Numbered from the stretch's first letter, positions 54,297 through 63,713 are shown. The stretch: DNA of 64,000 nucleotides from Candidatus Krumholzibacteriia bacterium (GCA_041484665.1 JBGPIA010000005.1:160001-224000), one strand, 5' to 3'. The notes: generated by a model not told the origin, from the sequence alone. Translations and numbers: made by a program.

Positions 54297-54776
54297 GTGC
54301 TGCGGCTGCGTGCAGGGAGTGCCGTACTGGCCCTCGCTGTGGTCGTGGTGACGGTAGCGGGCCTCATCCAGGCCGCGTCGGCCACGCAGGACCAGATGTG
54401 GCGTCTCCCCGGGTTCTCCGGGGACCGGAACGGATGCCTGATCTGCCACGTCGGGCCGTCCGTTACGTCCCAAACCGTCAATCCCACCGACTGGATCAAT
54501 GCTGAGACCTCGCTCAGCTCCTTCGGGAAGGACTGGGTGCGTTCCGGCAGGACGTGGAGTGTCCCGCTCGCCGCGGGCAACTCCGACGGGGACGCCTGCA
54601 CGAACGGCTTCGAGCTGAACGACGAGAACGGAAGCTGGCAGTACAATCCCAACGGTCCGCAGATCGCGCGCCCGGCGGGAAGCAACCCCAGCGACGCCAC
54701 GGACTGCGCCTTGCCGCTAAACGAGCAGAGCTGGGGCGTGTTGAAGGCCTTCTTCCGGGAAGACTTCCGCCGCTAG
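54297..54776 (+). CDS. Secreted temptin-like monoheme c-type protein with SWGVLKAFF tail
   Basis: GAGGT RBS with GTG; signal peptide; CLICH; FGKDW..W...LA..NSDGDACTNGFEL.D..G.W; ends CALPLNEQSWGVLKAFFREDFRR. Confidence 0.75.
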   Translation: MLRLRAGSAVLALAVVVVTVAGLIQAASATQDQMWRLPGFSGDRNGCLICHVGPSVTSQTVNPTDWINAETSLSSFGKDWVRSGRTWSVPLAAGNSDGDACTNGFELNDENGSWQYNPNGPQIARPAGSNPSDATDCALPLNEQSWGVLKAFFREDFRR

Positions 54777-54837
54777 GCACGGGGAGAGTCCGCCCCTTCG
54801 CAATCGACAACCCGAAGCGATGGCAGCATCGCTTCCG

Positions 54838-54875
54838 CGCCGTTCAGTGATGCCCCGCTGGACGGGCGTTTTTTT
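54838..54875 (+). terminator. Intrinsic terminator-like hairpin immediately upstream of purA
   Basis: CGCCGTTCAG...CTGGACGGGCG followed by T7. Confidence 0.6.
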
Positions 54876-54893
54876 GTGGGCCCGGAGAGTTGG

Positions 54894-56210
54894 ATGGCGA
54901 CGCGATCGGTCTGGGCGGTGGTCGGGGGTCAGTGGGGAGACGAGGGGAAGGGCAAGGTCGTCGACCGGCTCACCGACGGCTTCGACCTGGTCATCCGCCC
55001 CCAAGGGGGAGCGAACGCGGGGCACACGATCAAGCTCGGCGACGAGAAGTATGTCCTGCACCTGCTGCCCAGCGGCGTGATGCGCGAAGGGGTCCGCTCG
55101 CTGCTGGGCTCCGGAATGGTCGTCGACCTCGGCAGCCTGCTCAAGGAGATCGACGACCTGGCCGAGCGTGGCATCGATGTGAGCGGCAGGCTGTTCCTCG
55201 CCAGCTCCGCCAACCTGCTGCTGCCCTACCACAAGCGCCTGGACGAGCTGCGCGAGAAGACGCTCTCGCGCAAAAGCATTGGCACCACCGGGCGCGGTAT
55301 CGGTCCGTGCTACGAGGACAAGATGGCGCGCACGGGGCTGCGCGCCGGCGATCTGCTGCGCCCGCGCGACGCGCTGCGCCGCCTGGTGATCGACCGGGTG
55401 CTCGCTGCGAACAAGCTCCTGGCGGGGCGCTACGATGCCCCGGCCATGGCGAGCGAGGCGGTGGCCGAGGAGCTGCTGGGCCAGGCGGAGCGCGGTCGCT
55501 CGCTGGTTGTGAATGGCTACGAATTCCTGCGCCCGGTGCGCGAGGGCAAGTGGCGCACGCTGCTGGAGGGCGCCCAGGGCAGCCTGCTGGACGTGGACCA
55601 CGGCACCTACCCCTACGTGACCAGCAGCAATTGCACGATCGGCGGGGCGCTGACCGGCTCGGGGCTTCCGGCGCGCTGCCTGGAGCGCGTGATCGGCGTG
55701 TACAAGGCCTACGCCACGCGCGTGGGCAACGGGCCGTTCCCCACCGAGCTGTTCGCCGACGAGGCCGAGGACCTCCGTGCGCTGGGCGCGGAATTCGGCG
55801 CGACGACCGGGCGCCCGCGGCGCTGCGGATGGTTCGACGCGGCAGCCGCTCGGTACGCCGCCGAGATCAACGGCATCGACGAGGTCGCCCTGACCAAGCT
55901 GGACGTGCTCACCGGCTCGGAGATCGTGCGCATCGGCGTCGGCTACGAGCTGGCCGGTAAGGCACTCCACGAGTACCCCGTCGATATCGACCGTCTGATG
56001 CGCTGCAAGCCGGTCTACCAGGAGATGCCCGGGTGGAAGGAGACGATCACCGAGGCACGTCGCTTCGACCATCTCCCCATCAACGCCCAGCGCTACGTCG
56101 CCGAGCTGGAGGCTCGCATCGGCGCGCCGGTGCGCTACATCTCCACCGGAGCGCGGCGCGAGGCCTGGATCGACCGGCAGGCGGCCGAGCGCAAGGCGAC
56201 GACGGCGTAG
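54894..56210 (+). CDS. purA: Adenylosuccinate synthetase
   Basis: QWGDEGKGK, GGANAGHT, IGTTGRGIGP, EGAQG, TTGRPRRCGW, TKLDVL. Confidence 0.98.
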   Translation: MATRSVWAVVGGQWGDEGKGKVVDRLTDGFDLVIRPQGGANAGHTIKLGDEKYVLHLLPSGVMREGVRSLLGSGMVVDLGSLLKEIDDLAERGIDVSGRLFLASSANLLLPYHKRLDELREKTLSRKSIGTTGRGIGPCYEDKMARTGLRAGDLLRPRDALRRLVIDRVLAANKLLAGRYDAPAMASEAVAEELLGQAERGRSLVVNGYEFLRPVREGKWRTLLEGAQGSLLDVDHGTYPYVTSSNCTIGGALTGSGLPARCLERVIGVYKAYATRVGNGPFPTELFADEAEDLRALGAEFGATTGRPRRCGWFDAAAARYAAEINGIDEVALTKLDVLTGSEIVRIGVGYELAGKALHEYPVDIDRLMRCKPVYQEMPGWKETITEARRFDHLPINAQRYVAELEARIGAPVRYISTGARREAWIDRQAAERKATTA

Positions 56211-56307
56211 CGCCAGCGTGGCCACGGCGTAGCGTCAGCGCGGCCGCAACGTAGCGTCGATCGAGCGCCGACGCCGCGCAGGCGCAGCGCCCGCGGAGCG
56301 AGGACGG

Positions 56308-58473
56308 TCAAAGGCGCCGGTCGCCCGCCAGCCGCACCAGCGCGAAGTGCACGTCAGTCGCCGGATGGAACGCGACGTTCTCGCTCGCGCGCGCTTGCAG
56401 CGCCGCCGGGACATCGCCCGCCGCGATCACGTCCCAGATCACCCACTCCACGCCCTCGTGCTGCAGGCGCTGCACGTCGAGGTCGGTTGGCGAGGCGGAC
56501 AAGATTTCGATGTGCCTCTGGTCCAGTGGCAGCGCGAGGACGCCTCCCATCAACGTCCCCATGCGGCTCCAGGGCGAGCGGGCGATGTGTCGCGCCTGCA
56601 GGAACTCCGCACCACCCTTGCCCTGCGACATACCGGCGAACAGCGCGTCGACCGTGGGAAGAAAGCGCTTCTGTGCCGTGATGGGATCGCGCACGCGCTG
56701 GGCCTGCCATTGCGCCCGGGCGGCGGTGGCCGACTCCCACGTTCCCACGGCGGCCAGAGCCACGCCCCACACCGCCACCAGGCCCACGGTCCACGCCCGC
56801 GCGCGTTTGCCTTCCGGGCGCAACTGGTCGTGCAAGAGCGCCGCCAGCGCCGGAAGCCCCAGGCCGTGCAGCCAGAGCGTGAAGCGCGCCCACCAGGCGG
56901 CTGGCTGGGCGAACAACGCCAGCAGCCCGAACACCGTCAGCAGCGCCAGCGACGATAGGCGTGTCGCGCGCGCGGCACCTGTCCGCCACAGAGCCACGAG
57001 GGCGACCAACCCGCCGGCCGGCCACAGCCAGCCGAGCCCTCCGGTGGCGTAATGGCTGCGGATCGGAGCGTCGGTCTGTAGCCACGACCAGGGCATGCGC
57101 GCGGGCCTGGGCACGTGGCGCAGCCAATCGGGCATGTCCTGGTCGGTCATGAGCCGCGGGTCGTAGCCCGCGATCAGCACGCGCGCCCCGAAGCGCACCT
57201 GGACCGGATACAGGGGGTTGCCCGTATGGAGGAGGTCACGCGCGTACCAGTATCCACCGACGAGCACTGCAGCCAGAATGCCCAGGCTGCACCAGGCTGC
57301 AACGCGCCGGGGCGTCGCGCGCGCGCGTTGGGTGGAGGTACGCGGAGAGCCAGGGCGCTGCGCGTCCACGCGCGGCGGCTCAGCGCGATGGCTTCCGGTG
57401 TGCCGTGCCGTTGCGCGCTGCGTGCTCGCCCGCCGCGCGATCGCCAGCGGCAGCACGAGCACCGCCAGGATCAGGAAGAACGGCAGGCCCAAACCCTTTA
57501 CGCCCAGCATCAACCCGCAGCACAGGCCCCACAGCACGGCGGTCAGCCTGACTGGCGGCCCGTCGCCCGCGATCAACAGGGTCGAGGCGGCCAGCGCCGC
57601 GAATACGGCACACGCGAACGCCGGCTCGACGTAACACGTGGCGCTCAGAATCGCGAATGTGGGAACCCACGCGATCGCGCCGGCGGCGACCCAGCGCCAC
57701 GCGCCGCGCGCGCCCAGGCTCTGCGCCAACACCGCCAGCGCCACGGCGCCCAGCGGCCAGAACCACAGGCTGCTGGCGTCGACCAGGCGGCTCGTCCCAG
57801 TCAGCCGGTGCACGAGGAAGCTCACGACCTCCGCCGCCATCGGATAGCCATTGGCGAAGGGGATGTCGGTGAGCCCCGGGATCCAGCACACGCGGCCCGC
57901 GGCCGCCCAGCCGTTCATTGCGGGCAGATGGTAGTAGAGACCGTCCCAGTCGTAGTCGGGGCGCTGCCAGGTCAGCGCCCACAGCTGGATCCAGGTCCAG
58001 GCTGCCCAACCGCAGGCAACCAGCGCGGCGGCGACCGACCAGCGTGAGACGGCGGCTGGCGTGGCGGCTGGCGTGGCGGCTTGCGTGGCGGCGGGCGTTG
58101 CCGGGCCGATCACTCTGGCGGGCGTCGCAGCGGCGGTCGCCGGGGTGGTCGCGGTGCTCGTCGCCGTAGCCGTGCGGAACGCTCGCGCGAATGCGACAGC
58201 CAGGCACGCCGCCGCGAGCACGATGCCGCCCGCAAGAGGGCGGGAGAGCGCGATGCCCATTGCCGCGGTGCCCAGGCACAGCGCCTGGACCAGGGCGTGC
58301 AGGGCGGCCAGGAAGACGAAGCTCGCGACGAGGCCCCAGCGATTGCGCTGCGGTGCTGCGGCGCCCGCGCTCACCATCGCCGCCGGCTCTTCATGGCCGC
58401 CGCCGCGAGCTGCAACCGCCGCGCTGCCATCGCCACGCGCTGCCGCCACCGCGAGCTGCCACCACCCGACCAT
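56308..58473 (-). CDS. Polytopic membrane protein, probable GT-C-fold glycosyltransferase
   Basis: WDGLYYHLP loop after the first TM block, YP..E, GxKxxG, WY.RD...TGNPLYP motifs; many TM segments; start uncertain. Confidence 0.6.
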   Translation of the reverse strand: MVGWWQLAVAAARGDGSAAVAARGGGHEEPAAMVSAGAAAPQRNRWGLVASFVFLAALHALVQALCLGTAAMGIALSRPLAGGIVLAAACLAVAFARAFRTATATSTATTPATAAATPARVIGPATPAATQAATPAATPAAVSRWSVAAALVACGWAAWTWIQLWALTWQRPDYDWDGLYYHLPAMNGWAAAGRVCWIPGLTDIPFANGYPMAAEVVSFLVHRLTGTSRLVDASSLWFWPLGAVALAVLAQSLGARGAWRWVAAGAIAWVPTFAILSATCYVEPAFACAVFAALAASTLLIAGDGPPVRLTAVLWGLCCGLMLGVKGLGLPFFLILAVLVLPLAIARRASTQRATARHTGSHRAEPPRVDAQRPGSPRTSTQRARATPRRVAAWCSLGILAAVLVGGYWYARDLLHTGNPLYPVQVRFGARVLIAGYDPRLMTDQDMPDWLRHVPRPARMPWSWLQTDAPIRSHYATGGLGWLWPAGGLVALVALWRTGAARATRLSSLALLTVFGLLALFAQPAAWWARFTLWLHGLGLPALAALLHDQLRPEGKRARAWTVGLVAVWGVALAAVGTWESATAARAQWQAQRVRDPITAQKRFLPTVDALFAGMSQGKGGAEFLQARHIARSPWSRMGTLMGGVLALPLDQRHIEILSASPTDLDVQRLQHEGVEWVIWDVIAAGDVPAALQARASENVAFHPATDVHFALVRLAGDRRL

Positions 58474-58483
58474 GGCCGTCCGC

Positions 58484-60205
58484 TCACCATTCCTGGAAGA
58501 TCTTCAGCGTGATCGCCCACTGGTCGTAGAAGTCGGTGGTGGAGACGTCGTAGCGCAGAGACACGCCGCGATCGTGGCGCAGGTACAGGGTCCCGGCGGC
58601 ATTGTACGAGTGGCTGTTGTAGCCGACGAGCGCTGTCGACGGGCCGACCAACATGTAGGCCACCGTGCCGGTCTCGAAGCCCGCCCCGAGCACGAGCTTG
58701 CGGTGCTGGTTGTAGAGCAGGCCGGCGCCCGCCGAGCGCGAGGTCGTCCTGCCGGGATAGCCGAGGTCGATGCGGCCCGAAGCGGCCAAGCTCCACGGTC
58801 CGCCGAGTCCGTAGCGCAGTCCCACCCCAAAGCCGTCGGAGCGGTTCTCGGCCTTGCTCTGGACGTGCGTGTAGCCGGCGTTCAGCGTGAGTCGGTCGGC
58901 CCTCAGCATTCCGTGCATGATTCCGGCATCGAAGCGCCAGTCGGGGAAGATCACCTCGCCGGTGCCGGTGCTGAAGCCCAGCGAGGCGCTGGTGTCCCGC
59001 CGCAGGAAACGCGTGTAGGACAACCCAGCGCCGACCCCCTCGTCGCCGAAGCGGGCCGCCCGGCCCACATCCACGCGCCAGCCGTCCACGAAGGCGCGCG
59101 CGAGAGTGAAGCTGGCGAACTCCGCGTCGGAGGTGCCCAGGCCGGCGGTGTAGTGGCCGTAGCTTGCGCCAAGCTCCAGAAGGCGCGTCCATGCCACATC
59201 CGTCGCGCGCGCCGTCGAGGCGCCGCCGGCGATCAGTGCCAGCACGGCCGCGCCCGCCGTGGCGGCCACGCCCGCCATGCCGGCCGTGCCGGCCGTGCCT
59301 GCCGTGCCTGGCGTGCGCGCTGTGCGCGTCTTGCTTGCCTTAGCCGCCTTGCCCGCGGCCTTCGTTCCGTTGGCCCAGGTGCGCGGACGGCGCGGCCAGG
59401 TCGCCTGATGGTAGGGGAGCGTGCGCCAGCTCATCGCCCAGGCGTACAGCCCGACGATCAAGCCCACGTCCAGGGGCAGGCCGAACATCCAGAACAAGAG
59501 AGGCATTACGAGCAGCGAGCCGTGGTGGATCAGGATGGCGTGCCCCAGGTACTGCATCGGGATGAACAGCGTCAGATGCAGCATCACCAACAGCACCAGC
59601 GCTAGTTTCTTCTTGCGGCTGAAGTCCAGCGTGAAATAGGTCGCGCCCAACAGCACCGGCACCAGGCCCGTCAGGAACATCCCGGCGATGAGCACCACGT
59701 GGGTGTAGCCGGCGATGTCGTAGGGGAAGGCCCCGGGGAACAGCCAGAAGAATACCAACGAGCTGGTCTGCACCAACGCCGCCAAGCGCAGCAGGTAGAC
59801 CAACGGCAGCGCACGGCGGCGCGGCAGCAGGAAGCTGACCAGGAACGCGATGGCGGTGACGGCTATGGTCGTGAGCCAGATGGTGCGCGACAGCGGTGCC
59901 GCCGTGGCCGCGACCATGGGGAACTCGAGATGGAAGCGGTGGAGCACCGTGTAGCGCACCGGCTGGACTGAGGCGGTGAGGCCCAGCGCGCCTCGCCAGA
60001 ACTCGAGGATGGCCATCCAGAGTCGGCTGACCTGGTTGATCGCGAGGAACCACGCGACCGCGAGCGCCACTCCCAGCGTCGCCGACAGTGCGATGCGCGC
60101 CGCGCGCAGGTCCAGGGTGAGGATCGCGCGGTGCGGCACGATCACGCCGCCACCATGCCCGCGCTCGCGCAGCGCGGTCTCGATGGGATCGACGTGCCGA
60201 CTCAT
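58484..60205 (-). CDS. Multi-TM membrane protein fused in frame to a YaiO-like outer-membrane beta-barrel
   Basis: N-terminal about 265 aa with several TM helices; basic linker; signal-like AVLALIAGGASTARA; C-terminal alternating beta strands (RFGDEG, FPDWRFD) ending in terminal W. Confidence 0.65.
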   Translation of the reverse strand: MSRHVDPIETALRERGHGGGVIVPHRAILTLDLRAARIALSATLGVALAVAWFLAINQVSRLWMAILEFWRGALGLTASVQPVRYTVLHRFHLEFPMVAATAAPLSRTIWLTTIAVTAIAFLVSFLLPRRRALPLVYLLRLAALVQTSSLVFFWLFPGAFPYDIAGYTHVVLIAGMFLTGLVPVLLGATYFTLDFSRKKKLALVLLVMLHLTLFIPMQYLGHAILIHHGSLLVMPLLFWMFGLPLDVGLIVGLYAWAMSWRTLPYHQATWPRRPRTWANGTKAAGKAAKASKTRTARTPGTAGTAGTAGMAGVAATAGAAVLALIAGGASTARATDVAWTRLLELGASYGHYTAGLGTSDAEFASFTLARAFVDGWRVDVGRAARFGDEGVGAGLSYTRFLRRDTSASLGFSTGTGEVIFPDWRFDAGIMHGMLRADRLTLNAGYTHVQSKAENRSDGFGVGLRYGLGGPWSLAASGRIDLGYPGRTTSRSAGAGLLYNQHRKLVLGAGFETGTVAYMLVGPSTALVGYNSHSYNAAGTLYLRHDRGVSLRYDVSTTDFYDQWAITLKIFQEW

Positions 60206-61377
60206 GACGTCACCACCCCGCCCTTGCCCGCCCAGGCGCTGCCATGGAGCACGGAGCCCAGCTGGATCTCCAGCGTCTCGGCCCGCAAGGTCGTCGGGCG
60301 CTGCGGCGTTCCCACGACGCAGCCACGGGCCAGCTTGAGGTGCCGCTCCGCCAGCGCCGGTCCGTGGATGACGCAGCCCTCGCGCACGATCAGATTGCGC
60401 TCGCTCACCACGCTGCCCTCAACCTGCACGCCGGCCTCCAACACGACATTGTGGCGGCCCTTGAGGCTGCGCCGGCACAACGATCCGGCGCCCACCACGA
60501 GCTCTCCAATCACCACCAGATCGAAGTCCACAAGCGACCCCGGCGGAATCTTCAGGTCCCCGCGCACGAGCGCGCGCCCGACGCTGAAGTCTGCCAAGTG
60601 CCGCAGCTTTTGGGGGTGGAGCGGCCGCAACGAGGAGGCGTCGAGCAAGGCGGCGCCTGGTGCTGTGGGTTCGGCGCCGTGGGGCGCGGTGTCGCCCTGC
60701 GGCGAGGGCGCGGTGGCGCCCTGCGGTGCGGGCGCCGCGGTGGCGAGCACCTCGCCAAAGCGGATGAGCGGAGCATTCAGGCGATCGAAGCGGCAATCGC
60801 CCAGGACGGTCAGGGCCACGTCTGCCGATGCGCGGCCGTGCAGATGGCAGCGCGGGCCAACGTGCAGCTCGCGCCCCGCGTGGATCCAGCGCATGACCGA
60901 GGAGTCCGGCCCCAGGTTGACGTCGCCTTCGGCGAGGACGGCGCGGTAGCGGCTCTTCGCCGCGCCCATGAAGGCGCCGGCCGCGTACAGCTCGCGGGTG
61001 TACGTCGCCGCTGTCATCGGGTGGAGGTCGGCCATGGAGAGCAGGATTCGGTCGCAGCGCCGCGCGCTTTCCTCCTGGGGAGCGAGCGTCATGGCGTAGC
61101 CGCCCGGCATGATGGTGAACGGCTCGACGTTGCCCAGCCGGCCCGACAACGGCTTGCCGGTCTCCTGCGCCGAGCGCAGCAGGGGCGCGAAACGCTGCGG
61201 CAGCAGCCCGCGGAAGCCGTTGGCCAGGTGGCGGACGTCCACGCGCGAGTCGGCCGAGACCGACAGGGGCTGGACGTCGCGGCGCCGCCTTATCTCCAGC
61301 AGCCCAGGCAGGAACGCCAGCGCGAACAGCGCGACCGTCAGCGCGAAAAACAGGGCGTAGACCAGCGGAATGCTCAT
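60202..61377 (-). CDS. Membrane-anchored beta-helix (bactofilin/polymer-forming-like) protein
   Basis: N-terminal TM ending FLPGLLE; repeated (V/L)xGxLxV..G..VxGxV units; ATGA coupling at both ends. Confidence 0.6.
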   Translation of the reverse strand: MSIPLVYALFFALTVALFALAFLPGLLEIRRRRDVQPLSVSADSRVDVRHLANGFRGLLPQRFAPLLRSAQETGKPLSGRLGNVEPFTIMPGGYAMTLAPQEESARRCDRILLSMADLHPMTAATYTRELYAAGAFMGAAKSRYRAVLAEGDVNLGPDSSVMRWIHAGRELHVGPRCHLHGRASADVALTVLGDCRFDRLNAPLIRFGEVLATAAPAPQGATAPSPQGDTAPHGAEPTAPGAALLDASSLRPLHPQKLRHLADFSVGRALVRGDLKIPPGSLVDFDLVVIGELVVGAGSLCRRSLKGRHNVVLEAGVQVEGSVVSERNLIVREGCVIHGPALAERHLKLARGCVVGTPQRPTTLRAETLEIQLGSVLHGSAWAGKGGVVTS

Positions 61378-63350
61378 CGGCGGTGTCCGTTGTGCTCGGT
61401 CTTGTGCCAGCGCAGCTCGCGGCGCGGATCGACGGCGATCATCTGGCGCAGCGTCTCGCGCGAGACGGCCAGGATCGTCACCAGGAAGCCCAGCAGGATG
61501 AACGGGATGAGCCGGGCGCGCTCGCGCGTGCGGTCCAGGTGAGTGGCTGCGGCCACCTCGAAGAACGTAGCGAAGTTGCCGATCGTGGAGTACGAGGCCA
61601 CCAACAGGATGATGATCAGCCCGGGCTTGTTGACGCCCAAGTACCAGAGCGACAGCGCGATGGCCCACCCCAGCACAAGCAGGGGCGACATGAAGAACAC
61701 GCCCAGCAGCAGTAGCCCGTCGAGCCTCTCCCGCACGCGCGTGCGACGGTTGAAGATCAGGCGCCGGGTGTAGCGCCACAGGCACTGGTTGTGGCCGCGC
61801 GACCAGCGGACCACCTGGCGCACCCGCTCGTCCCAGCTCTCCGGGACCTCTTCGTAGCACTCCGAGCGATTCTGGTAGACCGTCTTCCAGCCGGCCAGCA
61901 GCAGCCGGTAGGTGGCGTCGGTGTCCTCGGCCAGGCTGTCGACGCTCCAGCCGCCGACGCTCTCCAGGGCGCCCTTGCGCACGCCGCCGACCGTGCCGCC
62001 GTACTGGGGGACCAGGCGCAGGTTCATGCGCGCCTGCTGGTCGACCTGGTAGCCGCCCGAGCGCTCAAGATCAATCAGGCGCGTCAGCACGTTGGCGCCT
62101 GCGTTGGACGGCACCACGCGCCCCATGACCGCGCCGACCTCCGGATCGAAGAACGGCGCCACCAGCTGCCGGATCAGCCCCTTGCCGGGTACGTAGTCGG
62201 CGTCGAACACCAGAACGATCTCGGTGTCGACGAACTGCATGGCATCGCGCAGTGCCGCTCCCTTGCCCGCCTTCCCGCTCGTGCGGTGGTAGGGGCGGAT
62301 CACGTCGGGGTGCTGGCTCGCGTACGCGTCGATGATCTCTGCGGTCTTGTCCGTGGAGCGGTCGTCGACCGGGATGATCTTCAAGCGCTCGATGGGATAG
62401 TCGACGATCAGCAGCGCATCCAGCATGCGCGCGATGACCGCCTCTTCGTTGTGGGCGGGGACCAGCACGGTGATGCTCGGCCAGTCCGCGCTGTCCACGT
62501 CGAGGTAGGGGAAGCGCTGGCGCCCGAAGAGCCGATTGAGCGTGAAGGCGTAGTGGCGTAGTAAGTAGAGGCAGACCAGCCCGACGATGACGTAGAGCAG
62601 GATCACCTGCGCGAAGATGTGCGGAGGGTAAGCCGAGAGAGGGATGGGGGCGGAGGAGGCGGCGGAGGGGACCTCCGAGGGGACTGCGGAGTGGACCGCG
62701 GAGTGGACTGTGGAGGGGGCGATGCGCGTTACGGTGTGGGCGGCGGGGCGCGCAGCGGCGTGCGGTGCGTCGGGCGGGTGGGCGTGGGTCGCTGCTCCGG
62801 TCACAGCTTGGGTCGGGCTGTGGGCTGCCGTGGGCCCGGTGGCGTGGGCGGAAACGTGCGCGGCCCCTTGTGCGGCCGCGGCGCCGGCTTTGAGGGGTGC
62901 CGTGGTGGCATGTGGCACGGGTTGTACGGCCGGTCGGCCGGCACGGTGGGCCGTCGCGGGAGGCGCCGGATGGGTTGCGGCGTGGGCTGCGTTGTGGGCT
63001 ACGGCGTGGGCTACGACGGGAACCGCCGCGTGGGTTGCGGCGTGGGCTGCAGCAGGATGGGCTGTGGTGCGGTCTGCAGTATGGGCTGGGGCGGGTGGGG
63101 CGGCGTCGGGTGCCGCGTGTTCCGCTACCGTGGTTGCCGCACGGGCGGCAGCAGCGGTGGCGCGAGGTGTGGCAGCGGCCGCTACCGCAAGCGGCGCGAG
63201 GCCGGCGACCAACAGGAAGGCGCGCGCAGCGGCAACGAGGGCCGCCAGCGCGATCGACAGGGACGTCGGCGCCTTGGAGGGGAAGAACGGGGAGTGCCGT
63301 GGGGCAACGAGCAGGCTTGACGCCGACTCCCCAGGCCTGTGGCCGGTCAA
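61374..63350 (-). CDS. Processive GT2 glycosyltransferase (cellulose/PNAG synthase-like) with a His/Ala-rich N-terminal extension
   Basis: VPAHNEE, DDRSTD, GKG.AL, FDADY, LAEDTD, QVVRW; C-terminal TM helices; TTG 63350 after GAGGT is the inferred start. Confidence 0.85.
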   Translation of the reverse strand: MTGHRPGESASSLLVAPRHSPFFPSKAPTSLSIALAALVAAARAFLLVAGLAPLAVAAAATPRATAAAARAATTVAEHAAPDAAPPAPAHTADRTTAHPAAAHAATHAAVPVVAHAVAHNAAHAATHPAPPATAHRAGRPAVQPVPHATTAPLKAGAAAAQGAAHVSAHATGPTAAHSPTQAVTGAATHAHPPDAPHAAARPAAHTVTRIAPSTVHSAVHSAVPSEVPSAASSAPIPLSAYPPHIFAQVILLYVIVGLVCLYLLRHYAFTLNRLFGRQRFPYLDVDSADWPSITVLVPAHNEEAVIARMLDALLIVDYPIERLKIIPVDDRSTDKTAEIIDAYASQHPDVIRPYHRTSGKAGKGAALRDAMQFVDTEIVLVFDADYVPGKGLIRQLVAPFFDPEVGAVMGRVVPSNAGANVLTRLIDLERSGGYQVDQQARMNLRLVPQYGGTVGGVRKGALESVGGWSVDSLAEDTDATYRLLLAGWKTVYQNRSECYEEVPESWDERVRQVVRWSRGHNQCLWRYTRRLIFNRRTRVRERLDGLLLLGVFFMSPLLVLGWAIALSLWYLGVNKPGLIIILLVASYSTIGNFATFFEVAAATHLDRTRERARLIPFILLGFLVTILAVSRETLRQMIAVDPRRELRWHKTEHNGHRR

Positions 63351-63556
63351 CCAGTCACCTCGGACGATCCCGTCCGCCCCAGAACCCTGTGAGTATACCG
63401 GATCGGCCAGGCGTGTGGTGAACGAACTGCGCACGGGGGCTGGGGCAGCGGCGGTCTGGCCATCGGGCCGCGGGCTGGCGATCAGCTCGCGAGCAAGCGG
63501 GTGGGCGAGGAGTCGGCCGCGCACGGGGCGCCGGTGCCGCGCCGGAGGATGCCAGC

Positions 63557-63585
63557 TTGTCGGGGGGAGAGGGCGTGCCTACACT
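63557..63585 (+). promoter_or_regulatory. Sigma70-type promoter upstream of the tRNA-Lys fragment
   Basis: TTGTCG, 17 nt spacer, TACACT. Confidence 0.55.
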
Positions 63586-63671
63586 CGGGCGGCCTGCGGG
63601 CGGAGGCCGTGTTCGCTCGCCTCCCGCGATGCGGCAGGTGCGGCGGATGGGTCGTGTCTGCAAGTTGGGAT

Positions 63672-63713
63672 GGGCCGCTAGCTCATCTGGTAGAGCAACG
63701 GACTTTTAATCCG
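63672..63713 (+). pseudogene. 5' half of tRNA-Lys(UUU), probable attL junction
   Basis: GGGCCGC-TA-GCTC-ATCTGGTA-GAGC-A-ACGGA-CTTTTAA-TCCG; tRNA similarity then stops, with no GTTCG T loop and no CCA. Confidence 0.85.
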
